A stretch of DNA of 63,531 nucleotides, filler included, from Bigelowiella natans CCMP2755 (lineage: Eukaryota > Protista > Cercozoa): NCBI GenBank assembly GCA_000320545.1. It is 4 parts of 4 records of this genome, joined end to end, with 100 filler letters (N's around TTAATTAATTAA, not from the genome) between each part and the next. Parts side by side here need not be neighbours in the genome. Positions count along the whole stretch, not along the records: positions 1 to 31,349 come from ADNK01001471.1; 3 more parts are not named here. One strand, written 5' to 3'. Position numbers and translations under genes: made by a program. This document shows, in pieces, positions 12,924 to 26,067 of this stretch. The first letter of the stretch is position 1. Each line of letters starts with the position of its first letter. A model generated the notes under the pieces. It was not told the DNA's origin. It worked only from the letters and a program-made list of their open reading frames with translations, and made no database searches.

Positions 12924-15082
12924 ATGGATGCATTCGCCGACTTGGAATTCCACCAGGGGGACACGAATTCATTCGGTAGGGGTAAAGAGAATGGAGAGGA
13001 AACAAAGAATCCACCAGAAGTAGAATCTACGAATCCTCCATCATCATCGAACAATGGGGGAAAAGAAGTTGGCAGATCTGAAACAACTGAAGTAGGAACA
13101 TTCTGGGAGAATGATCAGGGTATCAGTGGCGATACTCGGGAAAATGCTGATAACAATTCTGCAACACCCATAGACCAAGAGGAGGGTAATAACGTAAAGG
13201 CGCAGAAAGAAGCGATGGGAGATGCCACAGATGAGGCTGCGAGATCCAAGCCGACTGAGATGAAGACATCATCTTCTTCAAGTTCCATATCCCAACACTT
13301 CACAGCCATGAATACCTCCATAACTGGGAAGGAGTCGAGGGAGGATAGATCATCTTCAAGTGAATGGGGAATTGTGAAGATGATGAATCGGCTGAGGGCA
13401 CAGAGTGAGGCAAGTGTGCCTCCTAGCAGTAGTGGCGAGAGCAGTACCACCACCAAAGCGCAACCGAATGGAAATATTCGTGCAACAAAGGAGAAAAGCG
13501 GGACGGCAGGAGGAAACAGGCAACGATATACATACCTGAATTTCATCGACAAGATGCGAAAACCACAGGCCAAACCGCAGGCGCGAAAGTTGAATCAATT
13601 CGTGAAGCAGTACATAAGGTTAAAGAGCATCGGAGAGGCTGAGATGAAAGCAATCCACCGATTCATCGTAGAAGCCCATGCTGGCGTGTCTCATAACGTC
13701 CTCTGGAGGGAGGCTAGCGAACTCGAACTTGACAACGTCTTTGAGAGCCTTGAGAAGTGCATCCTGCTGAAGCTGTACGCCAAGGTATTTTTTGCCGGAC
13801 CCGCGGAGCAGCAAGTGGACCTAGCTTTAGAGAAGATCATCTTCTGCCACCAGTTCTTGAAGCCTTCGAACCTAGACATTAAAGACATTTACTACGACGC
13901 TCCGGTCTGGGATTTAGCGCAGGGGGAACTTAAGAGAATGAATCAGTACAAAGCGCCGAGGGACAAGATAGTGTGTTTGCTCAACTGCTGCAAGATGATT
14001 CTGAACCTCTTAAAGAAGGCCAAGGAAAAGGCAGCGGGCGGAGACACGATGGATCCAGATAAACTGAAGAAGAAACAAGGGTTGCTGCCTTCCGCGGACG
14101 ATTTCCTACCAATACTTATCTACATCGTCCTGAAGGCTCGAGTACCCAATCTCCACTTGAATATTAGATATATCGAGATTTCGAGACATCCAAGGAAGCT
14201 GAGTGGAGAGGCAGCCTATTACTTCACCAACTTAAAGTAGTGTGATGAATGAAAAAACAGTCATAATCCAACACGTTTTCCCTATTTTTCTTGCTCGGAA
14301 GACGGGGGGGTGGGGGGGGGGGGGGAAGGGGCACGAAACCACTGTTAATTATGAGTGGGTATTCTGACTAAACGGACACACCGATTGTTGCAGGAATAAT
14401 ACCGGAAGAACACGATGAAAAATCATTCACTTAAGCATGTTTTTTTGTTTGATGACCCCAATGCAGGTCTGCAGTGGCTTTCATAGAGCGCCTGTCAACG
14501 GACATGCTCTCGATAGAGCGCGAACTGTACGAGGGAGAACTGAAGGCTGCCGAGCAGCAATGGGAGGAGGCCATGCGTAAAAAAAAGAAAAAGAGCGCTG
14601 GTGCTAATAATGCAGCGTCGCCTCAGGAATCAGGGGCCACGGATGTTGGGCGCAGCAGCTCCAGCATTAAACCTACAACGCAGCCGAATAGGACAAGCGA
14701 ATCATCTGAGGCCAAAGCAAAACTGGATCCCTCCGTCTTTCAATTCTACCACACGCGAGTCGATGATCTTAAGGTGACACACGTTTCGTCCCCCTTTTCT
14801 CTAATCCATTTGTGAATCACGCCAGCTTGCAAATCTTCACCGAAAATTAAAAACATAGGTGAGCGACGTTCCGAAGCTTCTGGAAGAATATAAACGCATG
14901 GCGAATCTCCTCATTAAACTCCAGACACAGGGGAGGTAAGCACCTGCAAGTTCGCGTTTACTTTTGGTCTGATTTTAAGGGTATTTTGTCATGCATCACG
15001 CAAAACAATCGACAGATCGTTACCGACTACTTCGACGCCTCCGAAGTCAGGCATATTCTCAGGCCTCTTTCTTCGCGGATAG
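12924..15082 (+). CDS. VPS9-domain Rab5 guanine nucleotide exchange factor (Rabex-5/VPS9a-like)
   Basis: ELKRMNQYKAPRDKIVCLLNCCK, SADDFLPILIYIVLKA and GEAAYYFTNL|KSAVAFIE are VPS9 hallmarks. Four exons splice in phase (~12924-14236, 14467-14773, 14859-14935, 15016-15082). Confidence 0.93.
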
Positions 15083-15649
15083 TAAGATTTTAGTGTTATC
15101 CATCGGCTCGCACAGAGAGTAGTTGCGATGCGAAAGTCCTAAACTGCAGCAAATAATATCATTCTTCCATGTAGCTTGTCATGTTTAAAATACAACTTAT
15201 TCATTTTATTGTATATATAATTGTATATTTGGTCTCATCGCGCAATTCACGTTATCGCGCGCGCTGGGTCGTGCCAAATCAGTAATCATGCGGGCAAGCG
15301 ATAGCAACTGCTAGTTTAGGCTAAGAAGATAGTGCATGCATAGCATGGCGTAGCAATACGATGCAGTGAGATGTGAGCTGTGATCGACAAAGCTAGTTTT
15401 AGACAGGTCCACGATGTATGTGTCACTCAGAAAGGTAGCATCGCGGATGTACATATTCCTAGATTCATATTTTACGTTCAACCCCTCCGTTTCGTACGTA
15501 GCGTTGTGAGTTTGCATGTTTTTATGCGTATAGTACGCCACGATCGTCGCGCCACACAACTGCTGCGCGATGGAATGCGCTTTGAGTGTATCTATGCTCG
15601 CTTCAATACAAAGGCTAGTAAACAGTGTAGTGTCAATTGATATAGTCAC

Positions 15650-17150
15650 ATTACCGAGCGCACTGGCCAGGACGGCTTCGACTCGCGGATCATCAAAGGC
15701 ATGCCTTTTTTTGCATTGTAGAACATTCTTTCATTTTCGCAGCTGCTAGGAAAGAAATTACTTTTATCCTGCAACTAATATTTACGTCCTTTGCTCGTAG
15801 GGAAACGCTTGCGCCAGATTCAATTTTTGCGGGTCCAATCTCGGAATAGCAAATGGAATCTCTCCTTCTTTTATGTGGGCAATATTAATCATGCAGCTGA
15901 AGTTTCCAGCTTTAAGGGTAGACTGAGATAACGCATAAATACTTTAGCAATCGAATCGAATAGCCTCATATGGAACCGATATGGATTTGAAAGATAGTAG
16001 TAAATGCACCTTGTCAGGAATTCTAACTCTCGATCCAGCTTCATAATAGTTGTCGTTGACCCTAATCCCACTTGCACCTGAAGAAGCCATTAAAATCACT
16101 TCATGATACGTGCATGAAAGAGGAAGCGCTTCAATACCAGATACTTTCATGTAGAGTCCGGAGCCGTTGGTTGCGAGATAGATGGTTGCGTGCTTACATG
16201 TTGAAAACCAAGGGAAAGATTTTAAATTCTTCCTGATTAACCATTTCTATTCACTGCACCTGCTTGGATATGCAAGGATCTGCTCCCATAGGAACGTCTA
16301 CATGCGGCACAGAGGTCGTCCGGCCCAACTTTATCACGTTCTTTTGCATATAGTATTCCAGAGCATAGTGGGGGTTGAAAAGAACGGCATAGCCCCACAG
16401 ACTAAGGGGGGGTGCAATAGGAGAGAGTGAGACTAGCAGATCGGAACGTATTCACTTATGCTTAAGGTGGCGCATGATAAATACTCGCATTACCCCTTCC
16501 TCAGTCTCTCAACTATCAGCCGCTGTCTCCTCGGGCTTAGATGCGCATACTTATCCTGCACGAGACAAGCCAGCTGCTCGTCGTCATCGCCTTCATCGTT
16601 CAGCGACCCTCCCGTTAAGACTCCTGATATTGATGGTTGTCATCAATGGACATTGCATGTTGTTGGACATCATGAAGGAATGCAGATTAGTCGCAGAAAG
16701 GCCCATTGTAGTAGCCACTATCGTCGTCATTCGGTGCTCAAAGTGCTGCACGAGTGCTGCGAGTAGGAACGGACGGGCTCTCGTCGTTCATTGTTATCCT
16801 TTTTCTCTTCGATCTGCCAAGTTAGACAATATTTTTACGATTATCATCGGATGACATATTCATATATCAAGACATCCCAATTGTGCAACAGACAAAAGGA
16901 GCATTCCCAAATGGAGGATGCTGTTCGAGTCGATTTTACAGCACCGGAAACATCCTACTTTGCTCCCTCCTTGTGCGATGATTCTCTAGGAAAGAATGTT
17001 ACGTACTATTGACGGTAACAAAAAACCCTAAATATCCCAACATTAGCTTTTCATATCGTTCCCGTTCTTCCGAATAGTGCTATTTAGAACAAATATATTC
17101 GGTAATATTTCCTTCATTTTTTACGAATCAGAGAGTACGATCGCAAGAAA
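15650..17150 (-). CDS. FHA-domain protein (FOXK/MCRS1/plant FHA2-like FHA)
   Basis: Exons at ~16000-16410 read WGYAVLFNPHYALEYYMQKNVIKLGRTTSVPHVDVPMGADPCISKQ|HATIYL...SGIRVND, with the FHA GR and S-x-x-H motifs. Both gene ends are approximate. Confidence 0.6.
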
Positions 17151-17306
17151 CATACAAACACAAACGCGAACCAACTCTAGCTCGGTCGGCCGAGTGCGAC
17201 CTCCCCCCCTTCGAACGGTGTATGGCCAAACCCTTTGGCGTCCCAGAACAATCCAGCGTATAAAACGGGCTGGGGTGGAAATAGCAAGGACCGATTACGA
17301 AAGTCG

Positions 17307-18420
17307 ATGGCTTCCTCGGCCTGCGGTGAGGGGCTCCTGGAGCTCATCTTAGATCAAGTTGAAGACCTCCAGCTGACTGGTAGCGAGGTTGGAGATATCG
17401 ATAGCCTGCAAGACTCCTTACCCCAAGGAATTTCCTCTACCTACGCGAAATTGGCTTTGGAGGCTATCACAATTCTTCATGCTTTCGACCCTGAAAACAC
17501 CCCCAAACCGGTCCTCATCATAAGGCTCCTTTGATAAGGGCTGTGTGCGAATACGTATTCCACCACATTGACAATCCTTGCTTTGATTTCTTAGCCGCGG
17601 GTAGGAACATCTACCGCTGAGCTGGACAAGTTCTGCAACGGCCTCTTGTCGTTCGCGAAAGCAATTGGGTTCGTCAGAAAAGATTCTCTCGTCACGCACA
17701 CGACGCATCATTGATAGATTGATTTTTCCTTGTATGCCTGCTCCGACAAAGCTTCCCTGACGGAAGCATCATCTCAAGTGGATCCGCAAGGTTTAGTGGG
17801 AATGACCGATTGATTTAGTGATGTGCGTACGTGTGTATTTCCAGCTGATGAAGTATATCTGCCAGGCTTCGTTCAAATCCCGACTCAGCCGCCAAGATAC
17901 TGAGTATTTAGGACACACAAAAGCATCATTATCATCATCATTAACAACAACAACAGCAATTGGATAGAGATTGACGGTTTCCACGCTAGCTGTGTGCCAC
18001 TGACGATTTTTCTTGATAAATTCCCCAGCATTCCTTCTCTCAGAGCTCCAAGCCGTGCGAATGTTGGCGGCGGCAGGAACGAAGAGCGGGGGGGGTGGCG
18101 ATGAAGCGAAAATCGGCACTAGAAATAGACACAAGAATATAACAGAAGATGTCAAGAATCAGAACTGTGGCGAGGATAAAGCCATCGACCAGTTTGATGT
18201 ACGCGCATTATGTGACTGTCGCTGAATAATACAATTCTCATGATGTCGTCTTGCCGAACTTATTCCTGATCGAGAGGGCATATTTCCCCATCCTTAGATA
18301 AGTGGAACATTACGTGCTTTGGACTTGAAGCCTAGAGATAAGGGAAGGGACCCGAATCCTCTACATTGCATTAAAACGTAAGATTTTAAGCACGCAATCA
18401 CACAGACACACACGCACACA

Positions 18421-18458
<38 letters not shown>

Positions 18459-19807
18459 AGCTGGGATTTAGTTTGGAAAAAAAATAATCATAAAATTTCC
18501 TTTATTTTCAATTATATTCCTTGCGCAGGCACGTGACAAAAAGCCTCGAATGGCTACCGCCGGGGTATCTGTTCTCTTTTCAAACGGTCTATTCTAATCA
18601 TAATATGATCTTAAAATATACCGCAGCTACGTGATCTCAAAGAGGTTGCTGGATCGAAGTCGTTTCTCCCCCCTGCAACTGGTCGGACCAGGATCACATC
18701 ACAGTCACTTCCTATGGGTAGAAAAATGATTATAGCGTACAATTTCAGAAAGTGCTGGCGGACATTAACGAGACCTTGGCCAAGGACTATGCGCTCAGAC
18801 ATAAGGTGGACACTGCTCTTAAAAAGGGATGAACATGCAATATGTTGCCACCATAGAATCAAAACCGAGCAGATCAAATCAAACAAATGAAGGTTCTCTC
18901 GAAGAGGTTTGAGCTAACTCTCAAAAGCTTCACTTGGTCGGGCAAGGTAGTAAACCATGGAGGAGCTTGCAATCAGAAAGAAATGAGCAGATTCCAATTT
19001 TGGGGGTGTTGGGGGGGGGGGGGGGGAGACGCAGACAGAGGAGGGCAGGGGGTGGTTGCTGGGAGATGGCCATGGCACATGAGAGAGTAAGAGAGAGAAT
19101 GAGCGAGATTAGAGAAGGACTCTGAACATTGCCTCGATCTGTTTCTCCATCGTCCAATCCCTAGGGAAAGGAAAACGCAGAAAAAATAATGGGAAAAGTT
19201 GGCCATCTGGGGAACAGAAGTGCGTGCCCTCTTTTGTCTTTTTCCTACGTACTTGCCTGTAGCGCACAGAGCATAGAGCGAGCGGCGTTCATTGTGTGAC
19301 TGAACAAACCACGACCCCACCAGATGCCGAAGAAGTCGTGAAAATATCGTTAGACGAGCTCTTCTTGGCAGGGGTAAGAGGGACACACGTCGACCAGAAT
19401 TGCGACAAAGCCCCAGCCCGATGCGCTCTAATAACAAACACCCTCTCCCTCAGGCCGATGTCCTTGAAATGAAAAAGATCACCGCTACCCAGGAAGAAAC
19501 CAAGATCAAGAGAGCAATCATTGGAAATGTAATATATATTTGGGAAGGAAATTCGCGTTGAGTCCACCATAGCAAAAAATGCTTCTTGTTCTTGTTGTTG
19601 TGGTTCTTCTTCTTCTTCTTCTTCTTCTTCTTCTTCTTCTTCTTCTTCTTTAGGTACCAGATCGGGGTGGGCGTGTCGGAGAGGCACGTGGGGGTACGAC
19701 TGGGCCCTCGTTCAAGCCACGGGATCCAAGGTCACATTGTCCTCGTCCTAAACGCAATGGAGAGATATAGCACAACGACGATTACGATCGCTATGATACT
19801 GATGATA

Positions 19808-19840
<33 letters not shown>

Positions 19841-20238
19841 GTGCGTGGGTTCACAACTCCTGCCCGTGCCCATCGCCTGTTTTGTAAGCTGCCTATTGAT
19901 AAGAAAACTGGTCTCCTCTGTTTCATACCGCTGATAGATCAGAGAATTGGAAGAATCGCGCACGTGGCGGTGGAGGAAGAGGGCGTGGAGGTAATCCATT
20001 TTAAAGAGGTATAACATAGCAAATACTCAGGACATGTCTACATACAATATTTAAAGGAGGAGGTGGAAGAGGAAACCAGAGGCGTACAAATTCTGGCAAC
20101 TACGACGGGAGCACTGATCACCGGCAAAATTTTGGGCGTGGGGGGAAAGGAAAGCGTAGAGGCGGAGGAAGAAGAGGAGGACATCGCGGCAGATCAGGGA
20201 GAAGCGGTGGTCGCTGGAAAGCATCTAGTTACCATTGA
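17307..20238 (+). CDS. FAM98: FAM98 family protein with RGG-rich C-terminus
   Basis: Spliced exons give ILDQVEDLQLTG...FLLSELQAVRML...INETLAKDYALRHK|VLSKRFELTLKSFTWSGK...KIKRAIIGN|VPDRGGR and then an RGG tail ending ...GGRWKASSYH*. VPDRGGR and the preceding helices are FAM98 signatures. Confidence 0.85.
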
Positions 20239-20369
20239 GACAAACACGCGAGATAGAGCCTTTATTCCACATGCAGACTTACTGCGTTGTTGCAGCTTTG
20301 TTCGTCCACACAGCCTCACTTTGACGTTTGTCCTTTGACGCTTGTCCTTTGACGCTTGTCCTATTTTTT

Positions 20370-21200
20370 ACAAGATGGCTGTGACCGTCATATTCAAGCG
20401 CCATTGTATTATTATGTTGATTAGCTTGCACTTTTGAAACCCGTGGCTACGCACGCGGACGTGGGCCTGCCGCCGCCCTAGCGCCACTCTATTTATTTTT
20501 TCGACCGTAGTAACCTGCTGCTATGTACATGCGACTCGCTTTCTTGAGCAGCATAGCAACGTAACACATGCGCAAAACATAGCGGATGCATGCTACTACA
20601 GCTACAGCAAGTGGTGACAATTGGGAAAATGTAATCCTTCTCATTGCTTAGTCACATTCGTCTCACATCTAGCAGATCTAGAGATGTTGTACAGCTAGCT
20701 AGCTAGCCCCACGTACGTCCATTGTTTGATTGTTTGTGTGTCACATCGTGGGGGACCAGCGTGGAATGCCCCATCCCCAGCCAGCCAGTCTCGGCTACAT
20801 CGATTTGTTGCTTTTGATCGAGATACCGCCACGCCTGCCAGACCATAGTAGACACAAAACATAGCAGCAAGCATGCAAGCTATCTAGCTATGCAATACTA
20901 GAACATGTACTAGAACAATGACGCCGTCATAGCTATAGGACTTGAGGACACACATGTCTCTATACATGTACGCGCAGTACGCGTGTGCCGGTACAGTTGT
21001 ACTCATCTGTAGTCGATGCCACTACGCGCGCATCGAAACTGCTAGCTGCATGCACGATGTACTGCTAGACGATGCGATGAGCATGTTATGCACATATACA
21101 TGCCCGGCAGCCGCTGACGTCATTATGAGCGCGACTTACACATCCTGACAGGTGGCTCTCATTGGATACGGCTGCGTTCGTGTACGACACTACAGCATAG
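20370..21200. repeat. Decayed intergenic repeat block rich in CATG/GCTAGC
   Basis: Non-coding RY-alternating composition between convergent 3' ends, similar to other blocks in the window. Confidence 0.45.
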
Positions 21201-21290
21201 GAGGGCTTGCCTTTACCAACGCTTCAGCAAGCTAAAGATTCGCTTTTTAAAAAGTTTTAGAAATAGCTAGGACACAATTAATAACGAACA

Positions 21291-21961
21291 TCAGCGTAGC
21301 TGTTTCCGAGAAGCTGGCAACGTTGTCATACGGAACCCAAAGCCGGTCTATCGTACAAAGAAAGATTAATGTCAGGGTTAATTTTGTGTCAAAACATTAT
21401 CTTTGAAGTAATCACCTTCATCTTCTTCTTCTCGATAGCACCCAGCTTGTGCAATGCCTGTAAGTACTCCTTTGTCTGGAACACTGAGAAGCCAGCATGC
21501 TTCACACCTTTTACTACTGCCGAAAGAGCCCTGAACAAAAATATCCTTTGATATTTACTCGAAATTTGAGAGTACTGTTTGATTTTTACATCCAGTCTTG
21601 ATCTTGCATGCCTTCCAGGAGACGATTCATTCGCTTTTTCTCAAAATCATTGTTGTATTTCGGGGGAAGCTTTGCGCGGAGACGATATAATGCCTGAGAA
21701 ATGGACAAATCGATCATTATCATGAGACGTCACCGATGAATGATGATTTACCGTATCGAGGAGGAGTTTTTTCCTACTTGATTCTTTACCCTTCCCACGT
21801 GATTTTGATTTTGTTCTGGTAGATTTCGTAGTTTTTGTCGAGGTTTTCTTTGCTTTCTTAGTTCCTGATTTAACTACTGGTTGATCCTGTTGTTCAGGTT
21901 TGGCTGGAATCACCTCCTCCTTTCTCTCTGCAAGTCATAAATTCTAGTTATGAACGTATGC

Positions 21962-22035
<74 letters not shown>

Positions 22036-22580
22036 GTGTGTGTGTGTATGTTTGTGCGGGTGGTGTCGGCGGGTGGTGTTGGCATGTGTAACCTTCAATG
22101 GTCGAGCACTCGACAGGCAGCTGATGTTGTTGAATGTCGAATTGTTTTGGTTCCCTCAGAACATCCATATTTGGAAGAGGCTCCGCTTGCGGTTTGACAA
22201 AGTTATAGCTAGCAGAATTCAGGCTCATCGAAACGAAGAAAGTGCCCATCTTGTAATTGAATTCATTCAGCTCGTCGCTTGTGTGGGCCATCGTGCCTAT
22301 ACCATGTTCCAAGATTCGGAACTCGCGTGCGATCTTTTCCAGAAGAGCTGACGTATTTAATCAGGATTAGCTGACATAATAAATCCTCTCTCGCAAACAC
22401 TTCTCTATAACCATTGGTTTTGAGATCCATGGTCTAGAGACCGGAATGGAAGGGGAGGTATTTGATGGGGTCAGGAAAAGTGAACCAATCAGCTAAATTT
22501 CTTCAGCGACAACCCAAACCTCTTCCCGCAAAAAACCGAGTGTGATCCAGGAGATCATCGGGAGACTGCTTCCCTGCCAT
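21291..22580 (-). CDS. Putative DASH/Dam1 complex subunit Dam1 with C-terminal winged-helix-like extension
   Basis: LLEKIAREFRILEHGIGTMAHTSDELNEFNYKMGTFFVSMSLNSASYNFVKP resembles the Dam1 core (L..F.ESF..FL.GL.MN...V.FP). It is followed by a basic K/S/T linker and ...FQTKEYLQALHKLGAIEKKKMK|TGFGFRM...*. Confidence 0.55.
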
Positions 22581-23032
22581 ATTGCCGAGAAGGAGAGTTT
22601 GAGTCCCTTTTCTATGAAACGCAGGAGATTCTCATTAAAATTCATAGGTTGTTCAAACATTCCAAAATAGATTCTTTTGTGGAGATTTATTGGGGAAAAT
22701 GATACATATTGGACAAGAAAGGAGAGGATTTTTTGTAGAATTGTTAAATCTAAGTTGAAGCCACGCGGTTTCTGCTCTATTTGCTTACTCTTGGTATTAT
22801 TCTGAGTCTGAAAATTAATTCATTTAAAATCCCCATCCTATTGAACCTCTACGACATGCATTTATATGCAATAAGAGAGAATCGCCTTACGTTGTCGTCT
22901 TCGCGCTCTCAACACTGCGCGAGAAGCGAAGGAGCAGACCGAAGAAGGTGAGGGTGACAATCAGTCCTTTTTTCTTTATTAAACTTAATGGACACGTCTG
23001 ACCTTTATCCCTGATTCATTCTGTAGACGAAA

Positions 23033-23656
23033 ATGGCTTCCGTTCATGTTGATGGAGAAGAAGACTATGAGGAATCAGAGGCTACTGACCACACGGATGT
23101 AACTGAGGAGACAGATACGACTCAGTTTGATAAAAAGTCTGAAGGTAAGAAGAAAACCAAGGGTAGAGGCTTTAAGGAGCAAGGAAATATCGACTCTCGG
23201 TATCAAGGCCGCTCGGGAAGATTTTCTGGCGTCGATTCCAGCAAAGTGAAGAACGGGAACTTACAATGTATGAAGTTTTAACCATTTGAGATACTCACAC
23301 CATAATAATTAATTAAGCACTGAACCATCAATGTTAACACATAATTTGAGCATTCGTTTCAATAATGAGCTTGTTATGATGTTGCAGCTGTTGAAGGATG
23401 GATTCTCTTCATTCGTGGAATTCATGAGGAAGCGCAAGAAGAGGACGTGTATGATCTTTTCGCTGATTACGGAGAGATTAAGCAGCTACATTTGAACCTT
23501 GACAGAAGAACAGGCTATGTTAAAGGCTACTCCTTAATTGAATATGAAAAATATGAGGAAGCTGAAAGTGCAGTTAAGGCTCTGAATGGAACAGAGCTTC
23601 TCGAAAGAGAGATCCAGGTCGAATTTGCGTTCAAACCTACCAAAAAGAAAAAGTGA
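23033..23656 (+). CDS. RBM8A: Exon junction complex RRM protein Y14/RBM8A
   Basis: KTKGRGF, then [52 protein letters not shown]. One coding intron at ~23268-23387 and a probable 5'UTR intron at ~22949-23027. Confidence 0.97.
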
Positions 23657-23799
23657 TTTCTCGTCAGCAAAGGAAATCAAAATACTAAAAATAACTATGA
23701 TGGTAGAAGGACAATTTGGAAGCTTCTCTGTGTTGTTTCAGTCTTAGAAATACATGGACTGTAGATGTAAAAAGCTAAGATTCTTTTGTTGGGTCACTC

Positions 23800-24262
23800 A
23801 CGGCTAATGGTCGCTATTTCATATTCTCACATGCCGATAGATTGTGTACACAGTGGTCGTCGTAATGAGGATGTGGTAGACATGATGTATATCATGCAAT
23901 GTTACATGTATATATGCATATGTGTGTGTGTGTATATATATATATATATACACACATGTACATATGCATACACGTGCATCCATGCCAGCGAAACAATCAT
24001 GCACTACTCGATAATGTCTGCGCTAGCCCTAGCCACACTAGCACAGCACAAGAATAACAAAAGAAAACGCTCTGTTGTATGGGTAGCACGCAGTACGATG
24101 CGATGAGGATGAGTGCGAGTATATATTGTCGATCTAGGCATCAGTGCATACGTAGTCTACATAGTGTATGCTAGTATGTAGTAGCTGTTAGATCGCAGTG
24201 CTACTAGTAGTAGTAGTACATATAGTATAATTATATCCGTCTTACATCGCAGTATTATTATC

Positions 24263-24298
<36 letters not shown>

Positions 24299-24740
24299 CG
24301 TCCGTAGCACAACGTGCGTGCAAGCTGCCGCAATTGTTGACATTATAGGCCGGCATCGTAAGATCGTAAGTTGGTGCAATGCTAGAATGTGCTATCGTGT
24401 ACGATGCTGTCGTACGATATATACTACGGCGATGCGAATGCAACGCTATGTATACGAGCACGATGCATGGCCATGATTATAGGTGTGCTAGCTGGGCCAT
24501 CGATCATGCAGTAGTGTATTACGATACGTGTGTAGCAGTGTAGTCCAGTGTAGTCCAGTGAGTAAGTAAAAATACTTGCAATAATAGCTATCGCGGCTAA
24601 TGAAACTGACCGTTAATGAAGAAGCAAATAAGCTGGCGTAATGGATAGCAATAGCTAGCAAGCTACATAGCTACAGCATGCTTGCAAAGTCGGCTACCAT
24701 TAGCCACACATGTGACATGCTCAGTCACAATGACAATTAT
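23800..24740. repeat. Decayed intergenic repeat block with a (TAG)n microsatellite
   Basis: (TAG)n at ~24264-24297 and dense CTAG/CATG/TACG tetramers, between convergent genes. Confidence 0.45.
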
Positions 24741-24795
24741 GTATATTTCAACAATACACTTCCTAGAACAATTTTTCCCTTTACTTATCAAATTT

Positions 24796-25758
24796 TCAAT
24801 CGTCGTAAATACAGTCACCCTTATCATCTCTTGCACTTGAATCAAATATTTGTGTTAGCTTACAGTCCATATATTCTCCAACATTCGCTGTTTCATAGGC
24901 AGAGGGCCGACCCGTATTGATAGGCGTAATATTGACATCATCACAGGGGTTAAGAAACATAATCACAGAGAAGCGGTCGTTATTCAAACTCTTACCAGGC
25001 ACTGGCACTACTCGATGAACAGAAGAACGAAATTCTTGGTTCGTCCATCGCATGAGAGGTTGTGAATCATGGTCTGGACGGTATCACACAGGCGGAGCTC
25101 GCAGCGAAGACAAACTTTTTTGCGCTCACTGACGGGGAAAAAAGAAAATATGAACTTAGCTTTAAAGAGGGGGAATTGCTGTTCGGCTACGCTGCTGTTG
25201 GTGCTGAGAAGGCGGATATTGCAAACCTGTCTCTCACCGGGAAGCAGGAATTTACAGGTCGTTTCGTTTTCACCGAAGCCTGCTCATTGTCCTACCTACA
25301 TGAAGTTAATTTGATGATAATGTTTGTAACTTCAGATCTAATGGAGAGCTTTCAAGTCGCCGATCCAGCTTTTGCACAAGATCAAACAATACCGCCTGGA
25401 CTAGAAGATGCATTGGTGCCCTTGTACTATCAACAACAGAGAATAGGCCTCGAGTTACTCGAGCTCTGTGCCGAATCGCTCAACCTTCCGAAAGACTTTT
25501 TCGCAAAGGATCACACCGGACGCCGCCATCGCACTGTCCTGCGTGTGACTAGATATCCAGCACTCTCATCCATCGGTCAAGCTGGAAGAAGCCGAGATCC
25601 CGGCAAGCCTTTCCTACGATCTCGATATTTCTCTGCCGCTCCCCCTTCAAGTCCACAGTGGGAAATCAAGGCTCCTTGTGCGTGGAGAAAGGTGCCCATG
25701 AAGAAGCGGGCAGCGTTGAAGCAGGCCTTCGCAGGCCATTAAAGCACCGGCGTAGCAT
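24796..25758 (-). pseudogene. 2OG-Fe(II) dioxygenase (IPNS/DIOX_N family) pseudogene with internal inversion and deleted catalytic core
   Basis: Minus strand 25758-25582: MLRRCF...EP*FPTVDLKGERQRNIEIVGKACRDLGFFQ. Plus strand 25059-25581: VVNHG...FFAL...GY...|DLMESF...LRVTRYP. Minus strand 25056-24796: LMRWTNQEFRSSVHRVV...DRFSVIMFLNP. The HxD segment is absent. Confidence 0.85.
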
Positions 25759-26067
25759 CTTATCCGGAGGTAGACTATGGACCGAGTGGAACTGTTGGAC
25801 ATTTTTGACATCGCGACATGATTTTCCTGCTGTCGTCGTTGTTGTCTTCCCAGTTCTTGCTTTCTGTTTTTGGCATTTTTTTATAACCTCCATGGTTCTA
25901 TGCGTGCGACAAGGATTTATTGACTTCTACCTCCACATCTCGGAACCATTTCCCAGTTACACAATTCATTTCGTGCAAGCCCCGAAGCTTGCCGAAGGAG
26001 GAGAGGGAACGCGGCAGATTCAGTATACTCTTCGGATCGAACAACAGAGCATCACTTATCACCAGTA

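Noticed and set aside
20320-20361. Three tandem 14-bp units TTTGACG(C/T)TTGTCC as a CRISPR-like or regulatory array
   Set aside because: No spacers and only three units; an ordinary minisatellite 3' of FAM98.
25062-25742. The 226-aa plus-strand ORF as an intact oxygenase gene
   Set aside because: It reads through an intron and runs past the inversion breakpoint into the antisense of the true N-terminus.
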